Of a DNA stretch of 64,000 nt, positions 8,532 through 20,100 are shown in pieces (positions within the stretch are counted from its first letter, which is position 1; every line of letters begins with the position of its first letter). The translations under genes and the position numbers were made by a program. The stretch is from sequence record NC_023719.1; one strand, 5' to 3'. Below the pieces are notes generated by a model. It was not told where the DNA came from. It did not search any database and saw nothing but the letters and a program-made list of their open reading frames with translations.

Positions 8532-9374
8532 ATGAAATACAACTTTGACTTAATATCAGATATACATTTAGATTTTTATGTAGACGTGAGACATCCAGAA
8601 TTGAAAATGAGAAAGCGAATTAAAGAATTTGTCAATAGTATTTTATTAGAAGAAAAACAGAAAGTTTTAATTATTGCGGGAGACTTGGGTCATTATAATC
8701 ATCAGAACATCTTTTTGCTAGAGGAATTGAAGAATTTTTATGAACATATCATTCTTGTTAGTGGTAATCATGATTATTATTTAGTGTCATCGAGTGTAAA
8801 AAACAAATATAAAAGTGATTCTATGAAAAGAATATCAGAAATGAGAAATAATGCCTCTAAAATTGAAAATGTCCATTACTTAGATGGTGATATTATTGAA
8901 ATTGATAAAGTTAAATATGGCGGAGTCGGAATGTGGTATGACTTCTCATATGGGAAATTTTTCTTTGGGAAAAGTCAAGAAGCTCTATTTAACAAATGGA
9001 AAGAAGTAATGAACGATAGTCAACTAATTAAAGGGTTAGATTTCTTTAGCGATTTTAAAGAAGCTGATAAAGAAAAAGAAAAATTAGATTTAATAATAGA
9101 TGATAGTGATATCGTTATTACGCATGTTGGCCCAGAGTGGAGTCGTATTCCTCATGAATTTAAGTATGATGTATGTACATCTTTCTATTACTTTGATGGT
9201 AGACCTTATTTTGATAAAATAGAAGATAAAGTGTGGGTTTTCGGACATGCGCATTATCGAAACGACTATGATATGCATGGATGTAGATTTATCAACGCTT
9301 CTTTGGGTTATCCATCTGAACGTAAAAGTAAGAGAATTGTTAATGTAAATAGTAATAATCCATGGGGAATTTAA
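8532..9374 (+). CDS. Calcineurin-like metallophosphoesterase
   Basis: SDIH, AGDLG, GNHDYY, THV, GHAH motifs. Confidence 0.85.
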   Translation: MKYNFDLISDIHLDFYVDVRHPELKMRKRIKEFVNSILLEEKQKVLIIAGDLGHYNHQNIFLLEELKNFYEHIILVSGNHDYYLVSSSVKNKYKSDSMKRISEMRNNASKIENVHYLDGDIIEIDKVKYGGVGMWYDFSYGKFFFGKSQEALFNKWKEVMNDSQLIKGLDFFSDFKEADKEKEKLDLIIDDSDIVITHVGPEWSRIPHEFKYDVCTSFYYFDGRPYFDKIEDKVWVFGHAHYRNDYDMHGCRFINASLGYPSERKSKRIVNVNSNNPWGI

Positions 9375-9444
9375 AATAAAAAGGAATAAAATGAGTCTCG
9401 TATCCTATTCTTTTTATATAGAGATAGGATATGGAGATGACATT

Positions 9445-10017
9445 ATGACTTTACCGAAAAAATATGTGATTTTAGGACTCGATTTGAGTTTATCTTCTAC
9501 GGGGTGGTCTGTAGTAACAGTAGATGGTGAGAACTATAAACTTGTTGATTATGGATATATCCCAACCGATAAATTAGATCATTATGATGCATTATTAGCT
9601 ATTGATAAGAAATTACAATCAGTTATTGAGAAGTATAAACCCGATTATTCAGCAATTGAGCAAATGTTTGTTGGGAAAAATAGGGATACAGCTATTAAGT
9701 TGGGGCATATTCATGGAGTTGCTACTTTGTTGTTAGCTAAAAATAAAATCCCTTCATGTAGATATGCAGTTATGACATTAAAATCAAAAGTAACTGGTGG
9801 AATTAAAACTAAAAAAGAAGACGGCACAAAGAAAACTGGTAATGAAATGAAAGAAGAAGTAAAGAGAAAAATTGTTGAAATATTCGGAGTTAATTCGTTT
9901 ATTAAAGAATTTAATAGTGATGTTACAGATAGCATTAGTGCTGCTTACACATTCATATTAATGGATGGAAAAGAAATTGAAAAGAAAAAAGCTCCACGTA
10001 AAAAGAAAACTACTTAA
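9445..10017 (+). CDS. ruvC: RuvC-like Holliday junction resolvase
   Basis: LGLDLSLSSTGWSV, AIEQMF, DSISAA; start set at the RBS-preceded ATG9445. Confidence 0.8.
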   Translation: MTLPKKYVILGLDLSLSSTGWSVVTVDGENYKLVDYGYIPTDKLDHYDALLAIDKKLQSVIEKYKPDYSAIEQMFVGKNRDTAIKLGHIHGVATLLLAKNKIPSCRYAVMTLKSKVTGGIKTKKEDGTKKTGNEMKEEVKRKIVEIFGVNSFIKEFNSDVTDSISAAYTFILMDGKEIEKKKAPRKKKTT

Positions 10018-10137
10018 TAAAGTAGTTTTTTTATTTTAAATATTTTGAAAACAATATAAAAAACTTTATTTATTTTTTATATAATCATTATAACGTCTTT
10101 ATATATATTGAATATATATGATGAGAGTGGTGAAAAA

Positions 10138-10902
10138 ATGAAAAAGATGAATGTTGAAAAATGGTCATTGAAACCGTCCTCGATTAAAACATTTTTTAAG
10201 TTTATATTGTTTATGATTGGTCTTAGGGTCTCTAGAGAATTATTTGTTATGTTTTTACAAAGTACAGACATAGATGAAAAATATCTTTACGCCATCGAAA
10301 TATTCGCATTCTTAATTCTAACAACTACTTGCACATATTTATTTATAGTACGAAAAGAAATAAGAGATGAATTAAAAATAGTTAACCAAAGAGAGATAGA
10401 AAGTTTAGCTTATCATGATTGTCTTACATGTGCGTACAATAGAGTAGGATTTAAAAAAGAGTTAAACAAGATTATCGAAAAACGATCTAATTTAGGCAAA
10501 AACTTAACAATTTTATTTTTAGATTTAGATGGATTTAAAGTAGTTAATGATAATTACGGACATCACATCGGAGATGAGCTTTTGAGGATAGTTTCTAAAA
10601 GATTAGAAAATTGTTTAAGAGAAGAAGATATTATATGTAGAATGGGTGGGGATGAATTTGTTATAGCACTAAAAGACATAAAAAATGAAGAATATGTGAT
10701 TTCTATAGCGAATAAAATCATTAAAAACATATCTTTACCTTATAGTATTGATAATGAAGATATAAACATATCCACGAGCATAGGTATCAAACACCAAGTC
10801 ATAAATAGCTTATTTGATATAGAACAAATCATTAAAGATGCTGATGATGCAATGTATATTGCAAAGAAAGATGGTAAAAATAAATATGTTTTTTTAAAAT
10901 AA
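10138..10902 (+). CDS. Membrane-anchored GGDEF diguanylate cyclase
   Basis: Two hydrophobic N-terminal segments; HDCLT, DLDGFKVVNDNYGH, RMGGDEF; RxxD I-site (REED) five residues before GGDEF. Confidence 0.92.
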   Translation: MKKMNVEKWSLKPSSIKTFFKFILFMIGLRVSRELFVMFLQSTDIDEKYLYAIEIFAFLILTTTCTYLFIVRKEIRDELKIVNQREIESLAYHDCLTCAYNRVGFKKELNKIIEKRSNLGKNLTILFLDLDGFKVVNDNYGHHIGDELLRIVSKRLENCLREEDIICRMGGDEFVIALKDIKNEEYVISIANKIIKNISLPYSIDNEDINISTSIGIKHQVINSLFDIEQIIKDADDAMYIAKKDGKNKYVFLK

Positions 10903-10974
10903 AATGTATTAAAATAATATAATTCACGTCATCCTACTTATTTTAAAATAGAGAATGAAAAGGAGGTTTCTTAA

Positions 10975-11427
10975 GTGAAACGATTAATGAAAAAAGCAGA
11001 TACGCAAATGGAATTTAACCCCGCATTATACTCAGATGAGAATGGAGAAATGCTAAAACAAGAAGTAGTAGATTTCTTAGAAGATAGCATGGAACGCGTG
11101 GGAGCGGAATCAGATTTAGAGAGTTATAATGATGGTAGCATTGACGGCGGGTTACAAGGAAAAACAATTATTAAATGGTCCGTTATTGAAGCAAAATATG
11201 GAGCTTTAAATGATTGGGATAGAGAAGTAATTTATTATCGTGTTCAAGAAATCCCTGAATTACAAGAGGTATTTAAAAGCGAACTACAAGATGAAGCAGA
11301 TTTTGGTTTTGAAGTAGTTGGCGTTGATATTGATTTTGAGGAAACTCAAGAAGGCTTATTAATTACTTATAAAGCTGATGTATCGTTTGATGAAAGTACA
11401 AGAAGAAATCAATCATTAGATTATTAA
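10975..11427 (+). CDS. Acidic hypothetical protein starting MKRLMKKA (candidate internal virion protein)
   Basis: Strong RBS AGGAGG, GTG start, terminator downstream. Confidence 0.75.
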   Translation: MKRLMKKADTQMEFNPALYSDENGEMLKQEVVDFLEDSMERVGAESDLESYNDGSIDGGLQGKTIIKWSVIEAKYGALNDWDREVIYYRVQEIPELQEVFKSELQDEADFGFEVVGVDIDFEETQEGLLITYKADVSFDESTRRNQSLDY

Positions 11428-11434
11428 TATCTTT

Positions 11435-11461
11435 AAAGAAGACTTAGGTCTTCTTTTTTTT
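11435..11461 (+). terminator. Intrinsic terminator
   Basis: AAAGAAGAC-TTAG-GTCTTCTTT plus T-run. Confidence 0.75.
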
Positions 11462-11581
11462 GTCTCTTAAAAAACTAATAAATATAATTTAAATTATATT
11501 TATTAGTTTTTTAGTTATTCTTTTTATAAATAGTTAGGTGTATTATAGTAAAGAAAGTACGTTTAATGAGGTGAGATTCAA

Positions 11582-14182
11582 ATGTCTAAAGATAAAACTA
11601 TGCATGATAATTATATAGAAAAAGACCATCCTAGATGGAATGATATAGATAATAGAGTAAATACTATTAGACAAACTGCCATTGAAGCTCAAGATTTATC
11701 AAATAGAGCAATGACAGAAGCTCTGTTAGCTAATAGAATTCATATAGGGGAAAGCGAGCCTGAAAGCTTAATTAAGGTTTGGATAGATGGATCTGACGAA
11801 TCAGTTGATGAAGTTTTCCATTCGCCGTTGTCTCAAGACATAAGAGATACTGTTACTAGTGTAAAACAAACAGCTGATGCTTTAGAGTATGCATTAAATT
11901 ACGAATTAGACCCAGGGTACTTCAAGGGTATTTTACCAGGGACTGATCCGAATTTACCTAAAGATCCAAATAAGCCCGATTTAAGTGATGGCGCTGAAGG
12001 TACAGTTGGAAGAGTAAAAGTAAAAAGAGGTTTAAAAGAAGATATAGGCGATTTGCATGAGGGAGAGTTTGGATTTTGTTTAGACACTGAAGAATTATAT
12101 ATTGGAAACAAAGGTACACTTAAGTTAATTGCTAAAGTTGGAGGAGTAAGTACGCCTGGAGGCAGTAACGGAAATGTTACAGCTGATTATGTAGAGCTTA
12201 TTTCTCAAAATGGAATAGCTTATAAATTGACTGTTAATGATGAAGGTGAGCCTATTATCTTAAATTCAGATGTCGACAATGTTATTCCACCTGCCCAATC
12301 TGAATCTGGTAGATTTAATGGTTTATTTATAAGTAAAGTATATGGAGGAGGAGGGAGAGACACTAACTCTACTCCAGTTTCTCACAGCTTTATAGAGTTA
12401 TACAATTCGACTGATTCACCGATGAATTTAAAAGGCTTATCATTGCAATATGGGGAGTATTTACAGTCGTGGAAGATACTTCCTTTAAGAGGTATAATAA
12501 AACCATATTGTTCGTTTTTAATAAGATGCGGAAAGCATTCTGATCCAAATAGAAGATCAACTAGGTTTAAAGTGTTAGATTTTGATATGAGTTGGGATAT
12601 CCCGATATCAGCTAATGGATATAAAGTTTATCTTAGCGTTGGTACTGAAAAAACTCCTTTTGATAATCCCGCTAATACAGATGGGCAATGGACAAAAGCT
12701 ATAGGGTATATTAACATGTTCTCGGTTGGTGGAGACGATGTAAGTAAAACAATTGATGGATATGAAAAAGGTTACCTTCACATTGCTAATAAATATAGAA
12801 TGACAAAAAGAAAATATTCCGAATCTACAGTTTATTTATTTGCGAACACTGGTGATAATAGAAACGATATAGATTTCGTAGATATGAGAGAAGCTAATAT
12901 TGAGACTTATATGCCGAGATCTACTGGTTATGGTCAATGGTATTTTGATTACGACCAAATGAAATTAGATACCCATACTCCAAACGTTGTTAATATTTGT
13001 TTTGGGTATGACGGCGATACTTCTAGAACTTTTACATGGCAAACTCCAGTAACAAACAAAGGGTATATAAAGTATAAGTTGAAAAACTCTGATGATTGGA
13101 TAACACTATCTTCTAGTAGAAAATTTGTAGCGCTTCAAGATGCAGACGTTACTGTTCACAGTGTTATACTAAGTAATTTACAACTTGGTAGTAAGTATGT
13201 TTACAAAGTTGGATACGAAGGAAATTGGAGTGATGAATATGAAATAGATATAATAGATAAGACTAATAACTCAAGTGTAACAAAAATTCTTTGGGTTACT
13301 GACCAGCAGGGGTGGGATAAATCAGAATACTCTGCTTGGTCAAAAGCTGCTAATTACATTGAAAAAAATGAAACATACGATTTTATTATCAATACTGGAG
13401 ACATTGCTCAAAATGCTAACAGACCTTTTGAATGGAGAGAATATTATGAAGGCATGAAGAATAGTTTGAGCACGATGCCGCATATGACTTGTGTCGGCAA
13501 TAACGATTTAATTGATAAACTATATAGTGAAGCTTATACTTACTATTCTACTGTAGAAAACAGTCCGTATCCTTCTGTTTATAGTTGGAATCATGGCTTA
13601 GTTCATTATATAGTGTTAGACTCTAATATCTTAACTGATCCATTAAATTCAGCCGAATATATAAGAGGGACTGCTGAACAGATTGATTTTATAAATCAAG
13701 ATATGAGTAAAGCTGGAAATAAGAAGAGATGGATTATTTGTTTAATACATGAATCGAGTTATACAATTGTTAGAAGTGCAAAATTAAAACCTTTTATAAA
13801 TGTGCTGTATGATGCTGGTGTAGACTTAGTTATTTGTGGTCACCATCATTGCTACCATAGATCACTAAGAATGGGTAGATTAGGTGAAAATGATGTCGAC
13901 GTAGTAGATGAAACTAATGGAGTATATTACTTAATGTTACAAGCTGCTGGTTATAAACTAAGTGGCAAAACGATACCAACACCAAATGCTCCATGGAGAG
14001 CGCTTTATGATAGACCTGGAGATCCAATGTACGCAACTTTTGAAATTAGTTATGACAAGATTGAATATAAAGCATATCGTCTTACTAATATAATGCCTTT
14101 AATAGATAATGTAGGTAAAGAAGTTGTTCCAATATTGTTTGATACTTTGACAATATTGCCTAAAGCTAATAGGGGGAATTAG
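11582..14182 (+). CDS. Multidomain purple-acid-phosphatase-like protein (fibre-type N-terminus, lamin-tail-like domain, FN3, metallophosphoesterase)
   Basis: VKRG..GEFGFCLDTEELYIG fibre motif; FIELYN; TFTWQT (FN3); TDQQ, TGDI, GNND, IHE, GHHH. Confidence 0.75.
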   Translation: MSKDKTMHDNYIEKDHPRWNDIDNRVNTIRQTAIEAQDLSNRAMTEALLANRIHIGESEPESLIKVWIDGSDESVDEVFHSPLSQDIRDTVTSVKQTADALEYALNYELDPGYFKGILPGTDPNLPKDPNKPDLSDGAEGTVGRVKVKRGLKEDIGDLHEGEFGFCLDTEELYIGNKGTLKLIAKVGGVSTPGGSNGNVTADYVELISQNGIAYKLTVNDEGEPIILNSDVDNVIPPAQSESGRFNGLFISKVYGGGGRDTNSTPVSHSFIELYNSTDSPMNLKGLSLQYGEYLQSWKILPLRGIIKPYCSFLIRCGKHSDPNRRSTRFKVLDFDMSWDIPISANGYKVYLSVGTEKTPFDNPANTDGQWTKAIGYINMFSVGGDDVSKTIDGYEKGYLHIANKYRMTKRKYSESTVYLFANTGDNRNDIDFVDMREANIETYMPRSTGYGQWYFDYDQMKLDTHTPNVVNICFGYDGDTSRTFTWQTPVTNKGYIKYKLKNSDDWITLSSSRKFVALQDADVTVHSVILSNLQLGSKYVYKVGYEGNWSDEYEIDIIDKTNNSSVTKILWVTDQQGWDKSEYSAWSKAANYIEKNETYDFIINTGDIAQNANRPFEWREYYEGMKNSLSTMPHMTCVGNNDLIDKLYSEAYTYYSTVENSPYPSVYSWNHGLVHYIVLDSNILTDPLNSAEYIRGTAEQIDFINQDMSKAGNKKRWIICLIHESSYTIVRSAKLKPFINVLYDAGVDLVICGHHHCYHRSLRMGRLGENDVDVVDETNGVYYLMLQAAGYKLSGKTIPTPNAPWRALYDRPGDPMYATFEISYDKIEYKAYRLTNIMPLIDNVGKEVVPILFDTLTILPKANRGN

Positions 14183-14184
14183 AT

Positions 14185-17100
14185 ATGTCAATAAAAATAT
14201 ACAATCCAAAAACGGGTAAATGGGAAAAAAATGCTTCTATCATTGCAAATAGTATAAAAGTTATAGATTTACCTGGGAATTTTGAATCAGAAGATGTCGA
14301 CGGAGCTTTAAATGAATTAGCTGATAAAATAAAAGATATGAAAAATGACATCAAATACATTTATGAGAATGGTACAATTGGTGGCGGTGGAAATGGCGGA
14401 GCTAGTACTCCTTTAATTACTATCGATGGCCCTAATGAATACATTGTTAATTCAAACCAAACAATAGATATTTTCTATTACTTCACTTCTCCGAACCCAG
14501 GTAATGGTGTTGTAAATATCACTGTTAAAGGTAAAGTTATTCAAAATTCAGTACCACAATCTAGGAATAAAGTCACGCTTGGTCCATTCGAAAGAGGTAC
14601 CCACGTTGTGACTATTTCTGTGATGGATAAACAAGGTTTTTGGAGTGTTCCAAAACAAATTAAAGTTATCTCTGGGTCACTAGAAATTAAAACTTTATTT
14701 GATGATAGCAGAGATTTTACTTTAAATGATGAAGTTATTATCCCATACGAAATATTAACAGAAGTAAATGAACCAGTATTTGTAGATTATGTATACAATG
14801 GAAACAAATTCACTATACAAGCAAATATAGGTGCTAATGAATTAAATTTGGGTAAATTGCCTTACATGGGTATAAGTACATTTAGTATGGTCGCTAGAAA
14901 CTCTAAATACCAATCTAATGAAATTAGGTTTATATTAGTGGCAACAGATTCATCAAATCTGTTTGTTAGTACTACTTTTGATAAAGAAACATTTGAATTA
15001 GGCAGAAATTTACAAATACCATTCCGTATTTCTATGAAAAATCAATACTCTTTTTATAGTGATTACTATATAGATGATAAGCTGATAACAACAGTAACAA
15101 CTTACCCTGGAGTAAATTTTTGGAATGTTGGTACAAATCTTGATATAGGTCATCATACTTTAAAAATAGTTACTAAAACTACGAATGGAATGTTTTCAAC
15201 TGAATTAGTTATCAATGTTGAAATAGTTAGTTCTGGCTACGAGCCTTATAGACATGTTAGAACAGGTTTAATAGCAGAGTACGATGCCACTGGCAAAGTT
15301 AATAATAGTAGCAATCAAAAAGTGTGGGAAGATACTAGTGGAAACGGCGTAGCATGTAACCTTTACAATTTTAACTATACTTCAAATGGTTGGATGAATA
15401 ATGCATTAAATCTTAGTGGTAAATCTTACGCAGAAATAAACTTAAAACCATTTTTAAATGGAGTTAAGAGTGGATTTACAATTGATGTACTTTGTAAAAT
15501 TGAATTAGTTGGTAACATAGATGCTTGTGTATTAAGTTGTAAAAACCCAGTAACGCCATTCCAAGGGTTTCAAATAAATACTTGGAATACATCGTTAACA
15601 TCTAAATTAAGCGAAACTATTTCAGCTCAAATACAAGACAATACTTGGACAAAGGTAACATATGTTATTGATAGATCAAATAAAATGATGGTGTCTTATA
15701 TAAATGGAATTATATCATCAGTTTCGCACTTGCAACCAAATGATATAAACATGAGTAATTATACTGATGAATTTACTTTTGATGGCAAAATATTGATAGG
15801 CGCTAATTTAGATATAAATGGCAATGTAAGTAATCACTCAGTTTCTTCTGTAAAAAGCGTTAGAATTTACAACAGAGCACTAAATGATAACGAAATCTTG
15901 CAAAATTATATTGCAGATTACACTACTGAAGAAGAGCAAATGAAGATTAGAGATTTAAACACAACAGAAGAAGGTATGCCAACAATATCATTTATTGGTA
16001 ATTTTGAACAAATGGATGAAAACTCTGAAAGAATTGGACAAATTTCTTATAATGATCCAAAAGATCCTTCTAAAGTATTTATAAAAGATGGATGTTTAAT
16101 TAGTTGGCAAGGTACATCTTCTAAAAACTATCCAGTTAAAAACTGGACAATTAAATTAAGAGATGGTGGCGTTCCATCTTTAAACTATGCACCAAAAAAT
16201 GATTGGAAACCAGAAGATAGATGGACATTAAAAGCTAACTTTATGGATAGTTCTCATGCTAATAACGTTGGTACTTGTAAATTCATAAACGATTTTTTCA
16301 AGCCATATCCATATCCATCTCAAATAGCAGACCCAAAAACTAGATCAAGCGTGGATGGTTTCCCAGTAAGATTGCAAATAAATGGAGAAGATGTAGGTAT
16401 TTACACTTGGAATATAGATAGATACGCTCTTAATAACTATGGTTTTGTTACTTATAACACGGATGGAACAGTAAATAGACATGCTAATGCAGTTTCGTAC
16501 GAAATAGGGGTTAACTCTTCAAGTGGAGCTGGAGCATTCCACGATGATTCATGGGATAGTATTAGAAGTGAATTTAAATGTCGTTATAACTATAGAGGAG
16601 AAGAAAGCGTAGTTACTGAAAAAATACCTCTAAATGGGGTTGTTACGACCGTATTAAAAACTGGTATGCATAATGAGTTACAGGCGTTAGTAACATGGGT
16701 TAAGAACTCATCTGATGAGCAATTCCGCTCTGAGCTAGAAGAACATTTCAGTAAAAGGCATTTGATTGATTATTATCTAATAGCTTACGTTTTTGGAATG
16801 GTAGATAACTTAGGTAAAAATATGGTTTTATCTACTTGGGGTAAAAACAGCCAAGGGAATACTGTTTGGTACCCTTCTTTCTATGATGTAGATAGTTTGT
16901 ACGGGTTAAACAACAGTGGTATCATAGCATTCAATGCTGGTTTAGATATGGATAAAGGCGACTATAATACTTCAAGAAGTATGCTTTGGACTAAATTAGT
17001 TAAGATGTTTGGCCAAGAGATAAGAGAAAGATATCATGAATTGAGATTAAATAGAACAATAAATGGGGTACCAGCTCCGCCTATATTCTCTTATGAAAAT

Positions 17101-20100
17101 ATAATGTCTTATATTGGTAATGAAGTAATGGACACTATTGGGCAAAAATTCTACAATGAAGATGCTAGAGTAAAATATCTAAATGAAGCAGGCTATCAAT
17201 GGTTGTATTTATGTAGTGGGAATAGAAGACAATTCACTGAAAGATGGTTAAAAGAACGTTTCATTTATATGGATAGCGTTTACCAATTCAACTATGATTC
17301 TAAAGCAGTGTTACGTTCTTATGCTCAAGGCAATTTAAATTTGAGAATAAAAACCTACTCTCCTCAATGGATTTTAGTTTCTTTCTCTGATGCTGCAAAT
17401 ACTAAAGTAAAACTTTATGTAGAGAAAGCTGGATATACTGATTTCTCAATGTTTGTAAATAATGGCACCGACAATAACATCGAGATATATGGTTGCGATA
17501 ATATAATGTATATAGACGGTATTAAGAAACTTGATGTTCGCTCTATAAACATAGCAAATGCTTATAAATTAGTTGAATTAGATATAAGTAACTCAAATAG
17601 GATTGAAGAGATATCACTTGGTAACAACAGATATTTACAGAAAGTTCTTTGCAATGATTGTTCGAGCTTGGGTAAAGGCGTAGATAATAGAACTTTAGAT
17701 TTATCAAAATGTTCTACACTTAGAGAATTAGACTGTAGTAATACTCATATAGCTAATATCATCTTTAGTTCAACTGGTGGAGTAATTGAATCTTTAAATT
17801 GTTCTAATACAGCTATTACTTCTTTCAACCTTTACGGACAAGAGTATTTAAAAGGTGTTAAGTTGGATGATTGTTACGATTTATCAGAAATGTCAATTAT
17901 TAATTGTAACGGTATTGAAGCAATTGAGATGGCTAATACAAAACTAGCGAGTGTAAAAATAAATGGATGCGAAAAGTTAGATTTCGTTGATATATCTTAC
18001 ACTAAAGCATTAAGAAGTATTGATTTAAATGGATGTCCTAACATCACCACTCTATTGATGGCTGGAGTATCAAACGTTAACATGAAAGATTTAAATTTAA
18101 CTAGCTTATTAAATTTATCAGTGTTAGATATAACGGGTTCTAGTTTTATTGAGACAATAACTTTTGGTCAATATAAAGAAAATGGCGTTACTAAAAACTT
18201 TAACAAATTAAAAGTATTAAGAGCAGAAAATTCATCATTAAAGTCAATTAGATATGGAGCCGAATCTCCTATTTTAGCATACTTAGATTTGAATGGTTTA
18301 ACTCTAGATGAAATAAGATTAAAAGCGTGTGCTAATCTTAAAGAAATAAGAAATATAAATCTAATTGCAGAGAGTGGATATGAAGCATTCCATAACTGTT
18401 ACAATTTAGAAAAAATACAAGGTTATATTAAATTAATCGGAGATGCATCATTTACATTCTATAATTGTGGAAAATTGAGTGGTTTGCCAACATTGGATTT
18501 ATCAGAAGTGGTCTATATGGGCGAAACATTTGCCAATTGCCACAGTTTAACTGCGAGTAACGTAAGACAAATAATGATTAATTCTAATATTTCAAGTAAA
18601 TTTGCTTCAAGTTGGGGAGTGTTTAAAAACTGTTATAACGTAACAGGTACAATCCCAGCAGATACATTTAGTAAATGTGTAGGCTTAGATAATGCAAGCG
18701 CTTTCTTCTATGGCTGTAGTTGGAGTGGCTCTTTACCTGAAACAATATTTAATCCAATGCCAAAATTGTTATATGCTGAATATACGTTTTTCAACAATAG
18801 TCTTTCTGGCCAAGTACCAACAAATATTTTTAAAAATATCCCTTTATTGGAAAGTGTAAACTATATATTTGCCCACAATGATTTTTCTGGAGCAAATTTA
18901 GACGAATTATTTAAATACAATCCTAATCTAAGAAAGGCACAAGCTGTATTTACGTATTGTCATTTATTAACCTTAACTATATCTGAAAATCTATTCTTAA
19001 ATAATCCTAATATAGAAGACGTTGCAGATTTCTTCTTTAGTTGTGGAAAAGTAACTGGGTCTATTCCTAGAAATATTTTTAATAATATACCTAAAACAAA
19101 TGGTACAAACAAATTGTTAAATATTGAAGGGTTTTTTGCAGATACTGGTATAAGTGGGACTATACCGGCTTATATTTCAGAATCTCAAAGAGGGTTATTA
19201 GATAGTTGTCTTTTATTAGATAATGTATCATGGTTATTTGAAGATACTAGTATAACTGGTGTTATACCTCCCGATATATTTAAGTATAATAACAATATTA
19301 CTAACGCAAGTGGAGTATTTTCGGGTTGTAGTGGTTTAGGAGATTTTAATTCATCTAGTGATATTCCTCCAAACTTATTTAAAGGTAAAACTAGATTGGC
19401 AGATGTTTCGTTCTTGTTTGATGGATGCAGTGGATTATACGGAAGCATACCAGCACAGTTATTTTATGATTGTCCTTTAATAAATAGTGCTCATAATCTA
19501 TTTAATGGTTGTAAGATGTTGAATGGAGAAATTCCAAGACGAAAATCAACATGGTCAAAAGCACCACATCCAACACAACCTGGAGTGGAAATAGATGTTG
19601 AGACAGTTCAACAATATGGTTTATTTGATAAATGCTTAGAGTTGATAAATGTATCTGGAGCATTCTTCGATTGTAATAACTTAACTGGAGAAATACCATC
19701 GACGTTATTAATGAATGCAAATAAAGTAACTGATGCAAGTCATTTGTTTGCTAGATGCTTCAATTTGTACGGACCAGTACCAAAAGATTTATTTAAAAAC
19801 TGTACAAATTTAACTACTATAGATTCTGCGTTTGCAGATTGTGTGAATTTGCATAATTATATAGTAGATGGCGAAAATCCGTACGTTGTATCTCCTGACT
19901 TATTTAAGAATTGTATTAACTTAAGATACGCAGATCATGCATTTGCTATGTGGGGAGAAGGGTTGCCAAGTAATTCTAAATTAAATGGAGCAATACCTCC
20001 AGATTTATTTAAATATAATACAAAACTTATATCGGTTGAGGCTTTATTCTCCAACAATTTTGGTATTACTGGCGAATTAGGGGAAGACTTATTCAGAACC

